Part shown: piece after piece, positions 9,235 through 19,785 of the stretch
Position numbering within the stretch: the stretch's first letter is position 1
Layout: each line of letters opens with the position of its first letter
DNA from: Perkinsus olseni
Taxonomy: Eukaryota
NCBI GenBank assembly: GCA_013115125.1
Contig: JABANN010000100.1
Location: 54,168-74,167, forward strand
Reading direction: 5' to 3'
DNA: 20,000 nt
The notes under the pieces: generated by a model
Databases searched by the model: none
The model's input: the letters and a program-made list of their open reading frames with translations, nothing else
What the model was told of the DNA's origin: nothing
Position numbers and translations under genes: made by a program

Positions 9235-10460
9235 CTATGGCAACAAGGGTCGACCAGTAGTAGCGTTGTTGTTGCTGCTGCCGAAAGCCTGTCGCCACTG
9301 CAGCGCCAACTTGTGAGGGAGATCCGTGTACCACAGGATGCCGATGAACATCATGAGGAAGCCCGCCCACGTCGCCACGAGGGTGAACCAAATCCCGTAT
9401 AACGAGTACGAGCCGTCAGGGTTGTACCTAGGCAGTCGACACTCAACGCAGGATGGGCGGCTGTGACGACGCCTCACATCGGAGCGCTGATACCGAGAGC
9501 GTTCTCCTCGGTCACTTGCAGGGGTCCGCGGCCGATGTCCGTACACTGCCCGGGCGTTCCCTCGACGCGATCTACTCGATACTTGCAGTCACCAAAATGG
9601 AACTTTACTGTCTCGCCATTAGCGACTGAGGAAAGGGAAAGACGCGTGGTCGCCAACGGCAAGATTCTTCAGACGAATTCCCCATCAACGATGGTGATCG
9701 ATTACAACTGACTTGAGGTGCTCAATTTCACCACTATTGATCCACTAACCTACGGACACTAGCCCGATGGTCGCCGTCAGTTACCGCGGTTTTTACGAGG
9801 AAGGCGAGGAAGACTTGTCCCCGCTCACCATCAGTCAAGAACCAATTGTTGGAGTCAATAAGGACATGTCGAGTGAGGTCCATCATCACCCCAATGGTCG
9901 CCACCAGGACGCAGTAGAAGGGACCCCACTTCCTTATGTGCGGCGTCACGTGCTTCCTTCGGCTCCTCGTACCGTTGTAGACAAATTGGCAAAGGTTGGT
10001 GAAGATGGCAAGATTGAGGCCGAAGGTTATCGTGTGGGAGAAACCGTTCAACCCAGCTGTGCTCGCGAGGCCCATAAGACCGAACACGAGCACCGGCCAG
10101 CATCAGGCGCCGAGCTGAAAAAAGGCGGAGCGATGCAGACGAGACCAACACCTGAATCGACGCTCCATTACCAGGGCCGGGATGGAGATCAGCAACGTCA
10201 GGATCGAGACAATCATCGGCTTCCGAACGGAGGCATCCTGAAATTGATGCGACCACTCACAGGTAGAGCGGACAACCTGCTGCTCTTACCGTGCCCTGCT
10301 GCTGCGGGGATTGGCTTTCCTCTATTGGGGTTGTGTCTCAGGTGCTGCATTCTTCGTCTCCTATTTGCTCTACATGATAAGGGTCATGCTCAGCATCTGA
10401 AAGGTATCCGGATCCATCCCGGCGCCTGACGCCATCCCACTCACTTCCCTCCAGCCGCAT
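9235..10460 (-). CDS. MSP: Membrane selenoprotein (MSP-like) with two predicted Sec residues (U25, U67), ~271-278 aa, 6-7 exons
   Basis: Exons 10460-10445, 10396-10290, 10237-10172, 10114-9829, optional 9733-9713, 9625-9478 and 9427-9235, all GT-AG and phase-compatible. Translation: MRLEGNAEHDPYHVEQIGDEECST[U]DTTPIEESQSPQQQGT-DASVRKPMIVSILTLLISIPAL-LGA[U]CWPVLVFGLMGLASTAG...KWGPFYCVLVATIGVMMDLTRHVLID...SLYGIWFTLVATWAGFLMMFIGILW...LLP*. About five hydrophobic segments and a downstream SECIS. The family name is from recall of MSP motifs, not from a search. Confidence 0.85.
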
Positions 10461-12585
10461 ATATCCTTTAGGAGCTTCCAAGGCCGCTAGCAAATATTAA
10501 AGGCTATCGAGACAGCAATCAACATCATTTGCATCACACACAAGCAGAATGCGTTCGCCAACGACCAGTGAAAATCTCGACGGTAGAGAATCAAACCATC
10601 TGTTGCCACCGAGCGAACGACCGGATCGAGATCACCAGGAGAAATTGCGAGACGTCCAACACGGGGTGGATACCCATCGGTAGATACCCAAGCGTGTGCG
10701 CGGAGAACTGATACGCGGCTGGAGTCGAATGTTTCTCTTTGCACAATTACGCTCATAATTGAGCGTTCCTGCTTCAAGTGTCGCGACCAATAACCCCGTG
10801 GGAGGTAGAACTCAACAAGACAGTGCGCAAAAATAAAAGTATCATCAGAACGTGATTGCCAACAGCACGTTGCTCGGTGACCGTACGAGAGGCTCCACCG
10901 TGCACTAAGGGTACCTGGATGGCGACAAATAAATGAAGTCTGGCGCGACTGGGGCTTACCATCCCTTGTCTCCACCAGAACGAAGCGGATCCCAGAAGTA
11001 TCTGAAGTTGTGGTATGAGATATTCTCCATCAGCTCCCCAAGGGAACTCACAGTGAGCGCTTCGACACGTTCCATACTCCGAGAGTCATCGCTTCCTTGT
11101 ACGGATCATCAAACCAACCGAAAAGATACCTGAAAAGCACGTCAGAAGCGACGCGGCAGGAAAGACGACAACACCTACCACATCAAGCTGGGATAGAATG
11201 CCACTTGGAAGGGCAACATACGATGGTAGACCTGCCTCCAACCCCACCTGAGAAGAGCTCGTACACGGGGCAATGCGTGGATGAAACTAAGATACTTCTT
11301 TCTGGCGGCAAACTGCTCCGTCATTCCCCACAATCTGTGGTAAACCGCGAGTGTCATTGGTGTTGTTCACCTAGCTTGCTGCCTTCGAGACGACTTCGCC
11401 GACGAGACGAAGATGTAAAATATTGACAAGCTGCAGTGCAGCGTGCAAGCGGATTAAGTGCAGTTGATTCACTCATTGTACGCTCGGAGGTGGTGTTGCG
11501 ACACGGCTCTCTGCCCGCTTGACGCCCCGGATGTCGCGATGGACGACTGGCTCTCGTGCAACCCAACATCACCTTCTGCGATAGGAGTATTCTCCATATA
11601 GGAGCGATAGTGACGGAATAGACCAAAGATCAAGAACCCCTGAAGTACGTGAGTATCACAACGTATGATTAACAAAGCGATACCGAAAAATACGGACTTC
11701 ATAGTAAACATCACGAATAAGGATTGGTCGCGTCACAGAGATATCTTGTTATCTTGTGGGTCCTCGATCCTCCACTATATCTCAATAAGTCTGGTAATGA
11801 GTATGCGAATGAAGAAAGGATCAACTGGTTTACCACGAATTTTTGTTTGATCGTATCATAATATGATCGGCTCACTGGAATACGTGACTATAACCAGAGC
11901 AGAATCAACAAAATCATTACAGGTGGTGGAATCCAAGTTGACCATGCGTGCAGAGTGCGCGGTTATGTGATTCTCGCTCGCCCTACCCGCCGAGCGCAAG
12001 ATACGTTGGAGCACAGTTGAAGTTCCACTGGATTAAATTCCGCATCTCGGCCGCCGGAGGTGCTCTCCCTACTCACCGCCCAGGATGGCAGGTGTGGTGA
12101 TAAGGCCGCCTCGGCGGCCACGGAGTATAGGAACATAGCAAGACGTAGTCACAGCGTAGAGTACTGAGGCAGGCAGATGCATTGTGGTATTGCAACTTGC
12201 AATGCCAATTGCAAGCTGCAATTTGCAAGCAGCGGTTACCGGGCAATTCCCCAAAATCCAAGGAAGCATTTTCGGGGATCGGGTTGCCCTGTCGGGTTTC
12301 GATTGCGGGTTTCCTATTCCTGCCTTCATCCGCAACTCAGGGTTTTTTCTGGTACCTTTGCCAGGCTTTTGCAAACTTTGCCTTCCTGTCGCACGCGCTT
12401 CCTTTGATTTTCCCTTGCTTTATTTATCCTCGGAGGCTCTCGAAGGCTTTGTACTTCACAGCAGTTTACAGTTAGGACTGTGAAGTTCAGAGTGTACGAG
12501 CGGACATACCAACAAATTCGCGCCTTCTGAGGCCACTGAGAATCAACTGTAGGGGTTACCTAATTAGAGTCAAGAAACCTAGCTC

Positions 12586-13992
12586 ATGAGTGGAGAACCG
12601 GCCACTAAATCCCGATGGCTATCGGCAGACTCAGACCCTAAGTCTTACAGTTCTCCCTTATCAACATTAATGTCAATACCCGCAATATTCTCTTTGACGG
12701 CTGCTCTGCAGTCGGCTTCGGCTTCCTTAGCGCTTCGTGTTCCGATGAAGCGCGACGAAGTAGAGATGAAGTTTGATGGCTGGCCTGTGAGACTGAGCGT
12801 GGACACTGGCAGCGCTAAGTCGTATCTAGTCTATGGAGGTTGGTATGAGAGCATCTACGGCCGTGGGTCCTGCAGGCACCTTCGCACGGGATGCTACTTC
12901 TGCCCTCCGACCAACCCGTGCAACCTCACCACCCTGCTCAGTCAGGATAAACACCGAGTTTACTTCGTCAGTGGCCGCAGCGTAGACATCGTAATTCGTA
13001 ATATGACGATGAAAGTTGGCGAGAGAGAGATCAGAAACCTACAGATGGGTCTCGTGGTGGGATGCACGCGCACTCAAACCGGCCTTCAACCGTATGCTCT
13101 CCTCGGGTTGAGCATACCTTCACGTAGCAGCGCAGGAGAAGGAGGAGCTGTGATGCCGCCCTTCCTCAAGCAGCTCACGAGTTTAAGAGAAATCCCCCAG
13201 ACTGCTTTCTCGGTTCACGCATCGAAGCTGTCTGTGAGGATAACTGGCCAGCTGGTTTTAGGCGAGTTCCCCGAGGAAACATCAGCTATGACCATTTTCC
13301 CTCTTGTAGGGTTCTCGCTAGCTAAGGCACCCTTCGCGATAACTGTATCCGAGGTTCAGGTGAGGAGCCCTACCATCAGGGAACGAGTGAGCTCCTTGAA
13401 CCTCACGGAAGAACAACAACCTCACGAAGTGGTGATCGACACCGGCTGTAGTTGGACCCACGTTCCTGACAAGTTCTTTACAATGGTCCTGGATGCTATT
13501 CAAGCCGAGGTTGGCCCGGAACGCGTCGGCTGGAGGTCGGTGAGGACGCACCCTACAGATGTTCAGGGTTTGGATTCCATCCTAAGGAGTGATGATTGCA
13601 TCGTGATACGCAGGACTATAGTCGATAGACTCCCTGTTATCGTTTTTAAAGAAGACGCAGACACATTCTTTGAGCTGCATCTGAGCAACCATGTGCAAGT
13701 TTGCGACGAGTGGGGTTGGTGTGAACTTTCGTTGGAGAGAAGCTTGAAGAGTTATCCGGCTGCGTTCCAACTGGGCCAGCCCTTCTTCATAGAACACGAC
13801 TTGTACGTCAACTTTGAACGCAGTATAGTCGGTATTGCAACTCCGGCAAGGCCCGGTGTGAACGAACCTGTGAAGCCCGAGTTGTGGGAAAAGCACCACT
13901 CAGCTCGCTGCAGACGAGCAACGCGACTCTCTTCCGCTCTAGCCTGGCTTAGTCGACTAGGCTGCAGTAGGAGGCGAACAGACGAGTGGTGA
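12586..13992 (+). CDS. Pepsin-like (A1) aspartic protease, intronless
   Basis: Two catalytic motifs (VDTGS and VVIDTGCSWTHVP), LLGLS, and C-terminal LGQPFFIEHDLYVNFE..VGIA. The true start may be Met29 (12670), which begins a signal-peptide-like stretch. Confidence 0.9.
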   Translation: MSGEPATKSRWLSADSDPKSYSSPLSTLMSIPAIFSLTAALQSASASLALRVPMKRDEVEMKFDGWPVRLSVDTGSAKSYLVYGGWYESIYGRGSCRHLRTGCYFCPPTNPCNLTTLLSQDKHRVYFVSGRSVDIVIRNMTMKVGEREIRNLQMGLVVGCTRTQTGLQPYALLGLSIPSRSSAGEGGAVMPPFLKQLTSLREIPQTAFSVHASKLSVRITGQLVLGEFPEETSAMTIFPLVGFSLAKAPFAITVSEVQVRSPTIRERVSSLNLTEEQQPHEVVIDTGCSWTHVPDKFFTMVLDAIQAEVGPERVGWRSVRTHPTDVQGLDSILRSDDCIVIRRTIVDRLPVIVFKEDADTFFELHLSNHVQVCDEWGWCELSLERSLKSYPAAFQLGQPFFIEHDLYVNFERSIVGIATPARPGVNEPVKPELWEKHHSARCRRATRLSSALAWLSRLGCSRRRTDEW

Positions 13993-14667
13993 TCTCTGTG
14001 TTTACTGCGCCCTAGGGCCGTGACTGCTCCTAGAACTGCGCGGATGTTGCATGTTCGTTGGTGTTGATGATGTAATTTTTCTTATTTCGTTGCAGATGTA
14101 GTTAATAACGGTGGAAGATAATATGTATTGCCATCCGTGACAAGTCTCCCTTGAGATGGCTTCTCGCTAACGCTTTCAAACCGTCGTTTTGCCACCTCTG
14201 GGAGAGAGCGCTACCGCACTCTGGTTCGGTCAATGTTCGAGCCATACTAAACCTCGGACGAAAATTCTACAACTCACACAGTGTGAATTGAGCGCAACGG
14301 CTCTGGTCGAGCGTGAATCGCATTTGACCAAACTCGTTGATCTTTCTCGCGCCGACCTCTATCCAAGAGGAAATGGGCTGCCCAAGTGTTTTAGGTTGCA
14401 TTTTAGATCGCAAAGAGATGGCAATTGAATGATATCGCTTTTCCACCAGAACTTCTAACCGTCAAGTTGCTAGCCCATCAGCCTTGTGCGGCACAAGTTG
14501 TGGCTGACTAAGCCGGCGACGGCGTTGACCCCTTAACTGAATCACACACTTCGAACCGTATAATGCCAAAGGCTTTCTTGGAATTCACCAGCGAGATCTA
14601 TACTGAATGAATAAGATTGAACTGAGACTCCGATTACATGATCACTATAGTTCGTTAACACGACACT

Positions 14668-14720
14668 ACGATGACATCGTCGCTGGCTACATCGTAACGA
14701 TGTAGCCTACATCATGTAGG
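14668..14720. repeat. Three adjacent or overlapping palindromes sharing a CATCG/ACATC core
   Basis: ACGATG-A-CATCGT (14668-14680), GGCTACATCGT-A-ACGATGTAGCC (14685-14707), CCTACAT-C-ATGTAGG (14706-14720). Confidence 0.88.
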
Positions 14721-15149
14721 ACCTCGAGAAACACCAGGCAAAGCTTGAATCATCGGATATGACGGGCTCCATTCAGGCAGCAGCTCCGGCCACGACAGGT
14801 GACAACGAGAAGCCAATATCAAGCACTCTGTGAACCGCGTCCGAGGCGATCTCGGAATTCCTAGGGTATTGACAAGTCGAAGTCGTCAACCTCGAATTCT
14901 CGGGCATCTCGGAGAGCATCTGCCGAACCGGTCGACAGTCGCTTTTCCAGCTGGAGATTGGTGGCTCTGCTCGAATCCAGTTCTTGCTTTAGATAGGTTT
15001 GCTCCTGAGTATCAAAGAAGTGGGATCAGGTCGATGCGAGGGCACCGTACGTAGGAAAGATACGCCGCGAATCATGGCCCCCTATCAGTCCGGTCTACTT
15101 GTTTTCTCAGGAAAAAATGTTATGCCACTCACAGCTCTCACAAATACTC

Positions 15150-16050
15150 TCAAAAAGCTCAGAACCAATAAAGCTAAACAGAGTTCAGCGTTCAGTTGCA
15201 AGCGCATCGGCTACGAGTCCAACCCAGCCGGCGACGGCATTGGGCACTCACAGCTCTCTTCTGGCTTCTTCTATCCTCGCCCGAATTTTCGAGATCGCCT
15301 GACTCCTCCTAACGGATCACAATAAGCCGCCGAGACGACTTGTTCACAGCAGTAGGATACCAACCTCGCCATGTCGCGCTCCTCCGACTCAAATTTCTGC
15401 CAGTAGGTGTTAAGCCTCTGAGTCTCCTGGGGAAGAGATGGGTGGTCATCACACGTGCAGTGCCAGTGTTCACCCAGAACTTCCCCGCTTCCACGATGTA
15501 GTCAGTGATGGACCGAGTGGGCATTATGATGAGCCAATCAGTCGGTGCTACTCGACTAGAAGTGAGAGACCCATTATCTGACATTAATTCGCTTCAATCG
15601 CGAAACGTGATCTCCCGCCGTTTCGTTCCGGGTAGAAGTTTGCTGGCACTACTGCGCCAATTGCATTGTGGTGATCAGTTAGCCAAGAATGAGGCCTCCG
15701 TGAGAGGACCGGTGAATGAGAAGCGAGGTGGGGCAAGGTATGCCCATCCAGTAAGGCAGGATGGCCTTGAGTTCGAATCAATCAGCAACCCGACGAGATG
15801 ATATCTTCACTGAATTCTCGCGAGAGAGTGATCTCCCACTATGATCCGGCGAGCTCTAATTCGACGTTCGAGTATCCTCAGGAAGGCGTTCGGGAATCAC
15901 CGTGTGTTGACGCAGCTCATCGCGAGCAAGAGGGTCTCACTCGAGTCGTCCGCCACCCTCTCCATGTCCTGCCGACTTCTCACTGAAGTTCGGCAAACGC
16001 AGCAGCGGCCATCACGCGGCCGATGCTCAACGCACACGAGATGATGGCAA
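15150..16050 (+). mobile_element. Possible highly decayed non-LTR retrotransposon 3' part
   Basis: Weak motif echoes in the expected order across broken frames: KLNRVQR, RFVPGRS...GDQLAK (cf. RNase H WVPGH...ADxLAK) and RVLTQL. Not convincing without a search. Confidence 0.2.
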
Positions 16051-16154
16051 GTCTTCAAGTGAATCAACCTGAAGGTTCGAATGAAGCCTCGAGAAAATTT
16101 GGTCATAATCACGGTGCCCTCTCAAGTTACGCAACAAGTATTGCACGCCTAAAC

Positions 16155-16224
16155 AAGAACCGCAGGAGCCTACTCCTAGTAGGAGTAGGCTCCTGCGGTT
16201 CTTAGGAGTAGGAGTCTCCTACTC
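16155..16224. repeat. 49-bp perfect palindrome plus a related 19-bp palindrome
   Basis: AAGAACCGCAGGAGCCTACTCCTA-G-TAGGAGTAGGCTCCTGCGGTTCTT (16155-16203) and GAGTAGGAG-T-CTCCTACTC (16206-16224). Confidence 0.95.
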
Positions 16225-16356
16225 TTTCTTGGCCGTGCATCCCGATACGTTACACCTAGGCTGTACTGGGGCGTTCTCATGACTCGACATAAGATAGTGG
16301 CAGAACAGAATATAAGTCCACTCGAGCTGACTGTCCACTATGCGATTCGTTCACCG

Positions 16357-16784
16357 TGTTGTGCAACTCGACACTTGTAGCCGAAGTGAGGCAAAGAAAG
16401 AATAATCTCCGATGTTTGGCCTGCTTTTTACGCTTAGCAAATCGATCGCGTCACATTGTGCGGGCCAACTCGCACGTGTGAAATTGCGCCACTAGTCACA
16501 GACATGAGACGATATCATAGCCCTTGCTAAAAGCAATAAACAATAAAGACAACGGGGAAGGGTTGGTACATAAAACGTAGGGACTCTAGCTCAATGAACG
16601 CAGTCGGTACTGTGCCCACACAAGTAAACTAGGTCATAACTGAAGGGCACACGAGGAGACAGAAAAATAGATAATTGGCGTGACATTGGGCGGCGAGGCT
16701 AGCACCCCGAGCATCTGGGGCCCGTACTCTTAGGGTCGCAGATCATGCCCCCACTCGAGGCAACACCTTAGCGCCTCGACTGCA
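16357..16784 (-). repeat. Candidate 3' LTR of the retrotransposon (boundaries tentative)
   Basis: On the minus strand the pol stop is followed by the purine-rich AAGGCTAGGATTGGGGTGGCAAT and then TG at 16784; a possible ...ACAACA end is at 16357. No second copy lies in the window. Confidence 0.3.
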
Positions 16785-16807
16785 ATTGCCACCCCAATCC
16801 TAGCCTT

Positions 16808-19785
16808 CTAGTGACTGGGCTTCACCAAATTCCGGATAGACTCCGTCCTAACATTGTCTCCCACCTTAACCACATAACTATAGGGCGACTTGCACTCCTG
16901 AACTCGTCCTAACCGGTAGGGATTCTCGTACTTATTTGCGCTATATCTCACAAGGACCAAGTCCCCGTCAGCAAAGCCGTCAGCTATGTCCCCTGGGCCA
17001 TGCTGTCGCTTAGCTTTGGACGCACCAGCTTTCTGACTACAAAGCTTCAACTCTGTCCATCGCGCCTCCATCAGCGTGGACCTTACCGACCGAGCAAGGT
17101 TCTTTCCCAGCTCGGGAGGAGCGAAGGGGTTCGTCGGACGCGTGTACCCCCGCACAAGTAGGTCATGCGTAACAACTTCTTCCCTCTGATTCACCCTTGC
17201 TCCCACGGGGCGCGTGTTGAGCAATCAACGTGCATATACTTGACTGCATGTCCTATCTTCGTGACTAAAATGTGATAAGCGCGGAAAGCCCCTGCCACAG
17301 ACTCAGCATCCGCAAGCACCCACTCTGTCGCCCCTGTGGCTAGGCACACCGTAGTGAAGACCTTCACGTGATCTCCCAACGCCAGGAAATCACAGAACAC
17401 TACCGTGAATGGAACGCATTCGTCAACCAACTTCTTCATGTCATATGAATGAGAACCAATTCCGTGCCCCCACTGGAGGGACGCCCGTAAAATTTGACAC
17501 CCTACACATTTATCGAGGTACTTCCGTACACTCAAGCGCAGTCCCTCGATAAACAGGCTATGGACCTTAGCCATGGTGGCGTCGATAGACCCATGTCTCG
17601 TCGCACGATGCGCCTCCCCTATCACTACAGAGACGAACTCGGGCGCTCGGTAGAGAGGGATAATCGGCCTATAGTCCACCGACTGATCGAGTTTGTAGAG
17701 TCGCATGTAAGCGACCCCATCCTCCATCTGTACAACGTCGGCTTCGGAGCTTTTTAGGCCAGCATAACAATCACCCTGCGCCGCTCGCGCTAGGGCCAAC
17801 AGATCCGCTTCAGTCGAGGATCCCGGATATTCGATCTCCAGTGCGATATATTTCGCACCCCGACGAGATCTTCGGATGGGACCTCCGTCCACATCCAAGC
17901 CACGTTCGGCCCTCTGGGATCGAGCATTTTCTTTTAGAAGCTTAAACGCCGTGCGCACCAACGCGATGTTGTGCGCCGCTTCTGCCAACGTCCGGCAACC
18001 ACGAGCCGCTCTATCAGCTAGCGTGCTCGCTCCTGGGGTTGTCCCGGCAGCTCTTCTCAAAACAGCTTGAAGTGCTTCAACTGGCTGGCAGTCTCCTTCG
18101 AATACCCGATCTGAGAGACTCCAGCAAAACTCATCTACACCGCTCGATGCTTCCTCTTCGACTCGGCGTAACTCATCTCCAACTTCTTGTACACGGTCCT
18201 CAACGTCTTCATCCTCGCGGTACTGGTAGTAAAGCTCATTCTCAACCATCCAGGACCGATCGGTTGGGGTATCTTCCTCTTCTTCTCCGTGCTCTTCGGA
18301 GTTAGAGGCAAACTTGCTAAATCTTTCCCCCATCCTGCTTAACCAGTCAGCCGAATGGTTACTTGCCCCTTCCACATGCGCGACAGTCGTCGGGCATTCG
18401 AGTTCACTGCGCAAAGCTCGAGTTCGCTCTGAATAGAGAATATGTGCCTTGCTAGGGCACGACGTTTTACTGCTTTGCTGCTCAACACGTGCTCGCCAAT
18501 TCCATCGGTGTTACTCCACTGGACCGTTGCCTTATTGTCGAAGAAAAAGCGGACTTGCGACGATCGATACGGCTTCAAATGCTCCCGCCGAACTCGTAGC
18601 AGGTCCACCGTAGCCTGCACACATCGAAGGGCGGCAGCCAGCTCTCTCCTATTGGAGTGCCACCTTGGGTGTTTCTGACGCCATGCCTCTTGCCACAGTG
18701 GGACTCTTGCCTCCACCGGCTCGCTCATGCGCCGGCAGTAAATGGCAAACCCAGACCCCACTAGTGAAGCGTCAGAGAACCCCTCTATAAGCAGTTCCTC
18801 GGACTCATAAAGCGGAGAAATGTGAGAGCAGTGTGGGGCCTCGGCCAACGCTCGTGTAACCACTTCCTCCGCGTATGAGATCACAGCCTCGTAATGTTTT
18901 TTCTTGTCCCCAACAAGGTTTACGACTCCCTTCCATCCTGGCCATCCTGCTGTCATAGCACGTATTTCATCGGCTAATATCCTCTCAACTGGATGTAATC
19001 TCAAGGAATCGTAAGCGAGGTTCCCCGCTAGGGAGTACATATCGGCTCTAGTGGGGGTAGCCCTGGTTCTAATACTCTCGTTTCCGCCAGCGCAATTCGC
19101 AGCTCAGTAAATGGCAGCAACGCTCCGCCAGATGGGAATCATTTTTCGTTACGCTTTTCATTACGCATCGTGTCCAGTCATTTTCCCTTAAGTTACTTCG
19201 CATTGTACATGTAGAATTTACTAAGCAACACTGTATCGGTTGCAACTGTACTGAACGAGACTGTACGTGCAGCAACTGTACTGAACGACACTGTACCTGC
19301 AGCAACTGAACGGTTCGACACTGTACGAAATGACACTGTACTGACTGCAACAAGATGAACTGACACTGCACCATAAGACACAAAATGAGTTGCAACTGTA
19401 CCAGTTGACACAGTACGAGTTGCAACTGTACCATATGTCACAAGATGAAAGTCGGTCGTACGGATTATTCTTGTACCACTTTAGCTGCGCACCAGTTGTG
19501 ACCTGTACCAGTTGACACTGTACGATATGATACTCACCCGCATGTAGATAAATAGAATCACCACCTTAGGGTCGACTTCTATGGCTTCTATGGATGTTCC
19601 AAGTGACGAATAAAGGCCAGCTGGACCCCATTTCACCCCAAAGGGCATTCTCATGGTAGTCCACTGCTTATGTGCTCTAATTTTCAAGGGTGGGTCTTGC
19701 TTAACGCGATAAAACGCGGATTTAATATCAGTGAAGACCGTTTTCTCCGGCCCTAACATCCGCAAGTTCATCAGCAGGATCCATA
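16808..19785 (-). mobile_element. Decayed BEL/Pao-like LTR retrotransposon pol (RT - RNase H - integrase)
   Basis: RT: DIKSAFYRV, RMPFGVKWGPAGL, FIYM (cut before DD). Connection: PTRADMYSLAGNLAYDSL. RNase H: EGFSDAS, RRELAAA, FFFDN, HVEGASNHSADWLSR. Integrase: HHCC (HRATRH...CVGC), PFTVVFCDF, CLATGA, and C-terminal GDLVLV...RLGRV. There is a frameshift at ~18415, a frameshift/deletion at ~17222 and an insertion at ~19075-19540. Confidence 0.85.
19227..19540. repeat. Degenerate 15-bp-period tandem array interrupting the RT
   Basis: Units such as GCAACTGTACTGAAC, GAGACTGTACGTGCA, GACACTGTACCTGCA, GACACTGTACGAAAT and GCAACTGTACCAGTT; about 20 units. Confidence 0.85.

Noticed and set aside
9767-10429. 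220-aa plus-strand ORF
   Set aside because: It is antisense to the spliced selenoprotein gene, which has splice-site, hydrophobicity and SECIS support, and it has no recognisable domain.
9235-10460. Reading the two TGAs as pseudogene stops or as UGA=Trp reassignment
   Set aside because: Both lie next to Cys in redox contexts and a SECIS is present. Neighbouring genes end in TGA (6237, 7085, 13992) and use TGG for Trp.
10487-12483. Many short overlapping ORFs between the selenoprotein and the protease
   Set aside because: I found no recognisable motifs or consistent exon chain, although a divergent spliced gene cannot be excluded.
18608-18616. ACCGTAGCC resembling the start of the dinoflagellate/Perkinsus spliced leader
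   Set aside because: Only 9 nt match, and it lies within the retrotransposon RNase H region.
19069-19441. Pentapeptide-repeat ORFs (VQLQL.. and TVSxx..)
   Set aside because: They are by-products of the 15-bp DNA periodicity, open in several frames and lying inside a broken RT.
19070-19537. The insertion as a removable intron (GTGAGT...TTAG) restoring pol
   Set aside because: The phases do not match, and the catalytic DD and following RT sequence would still be missing.
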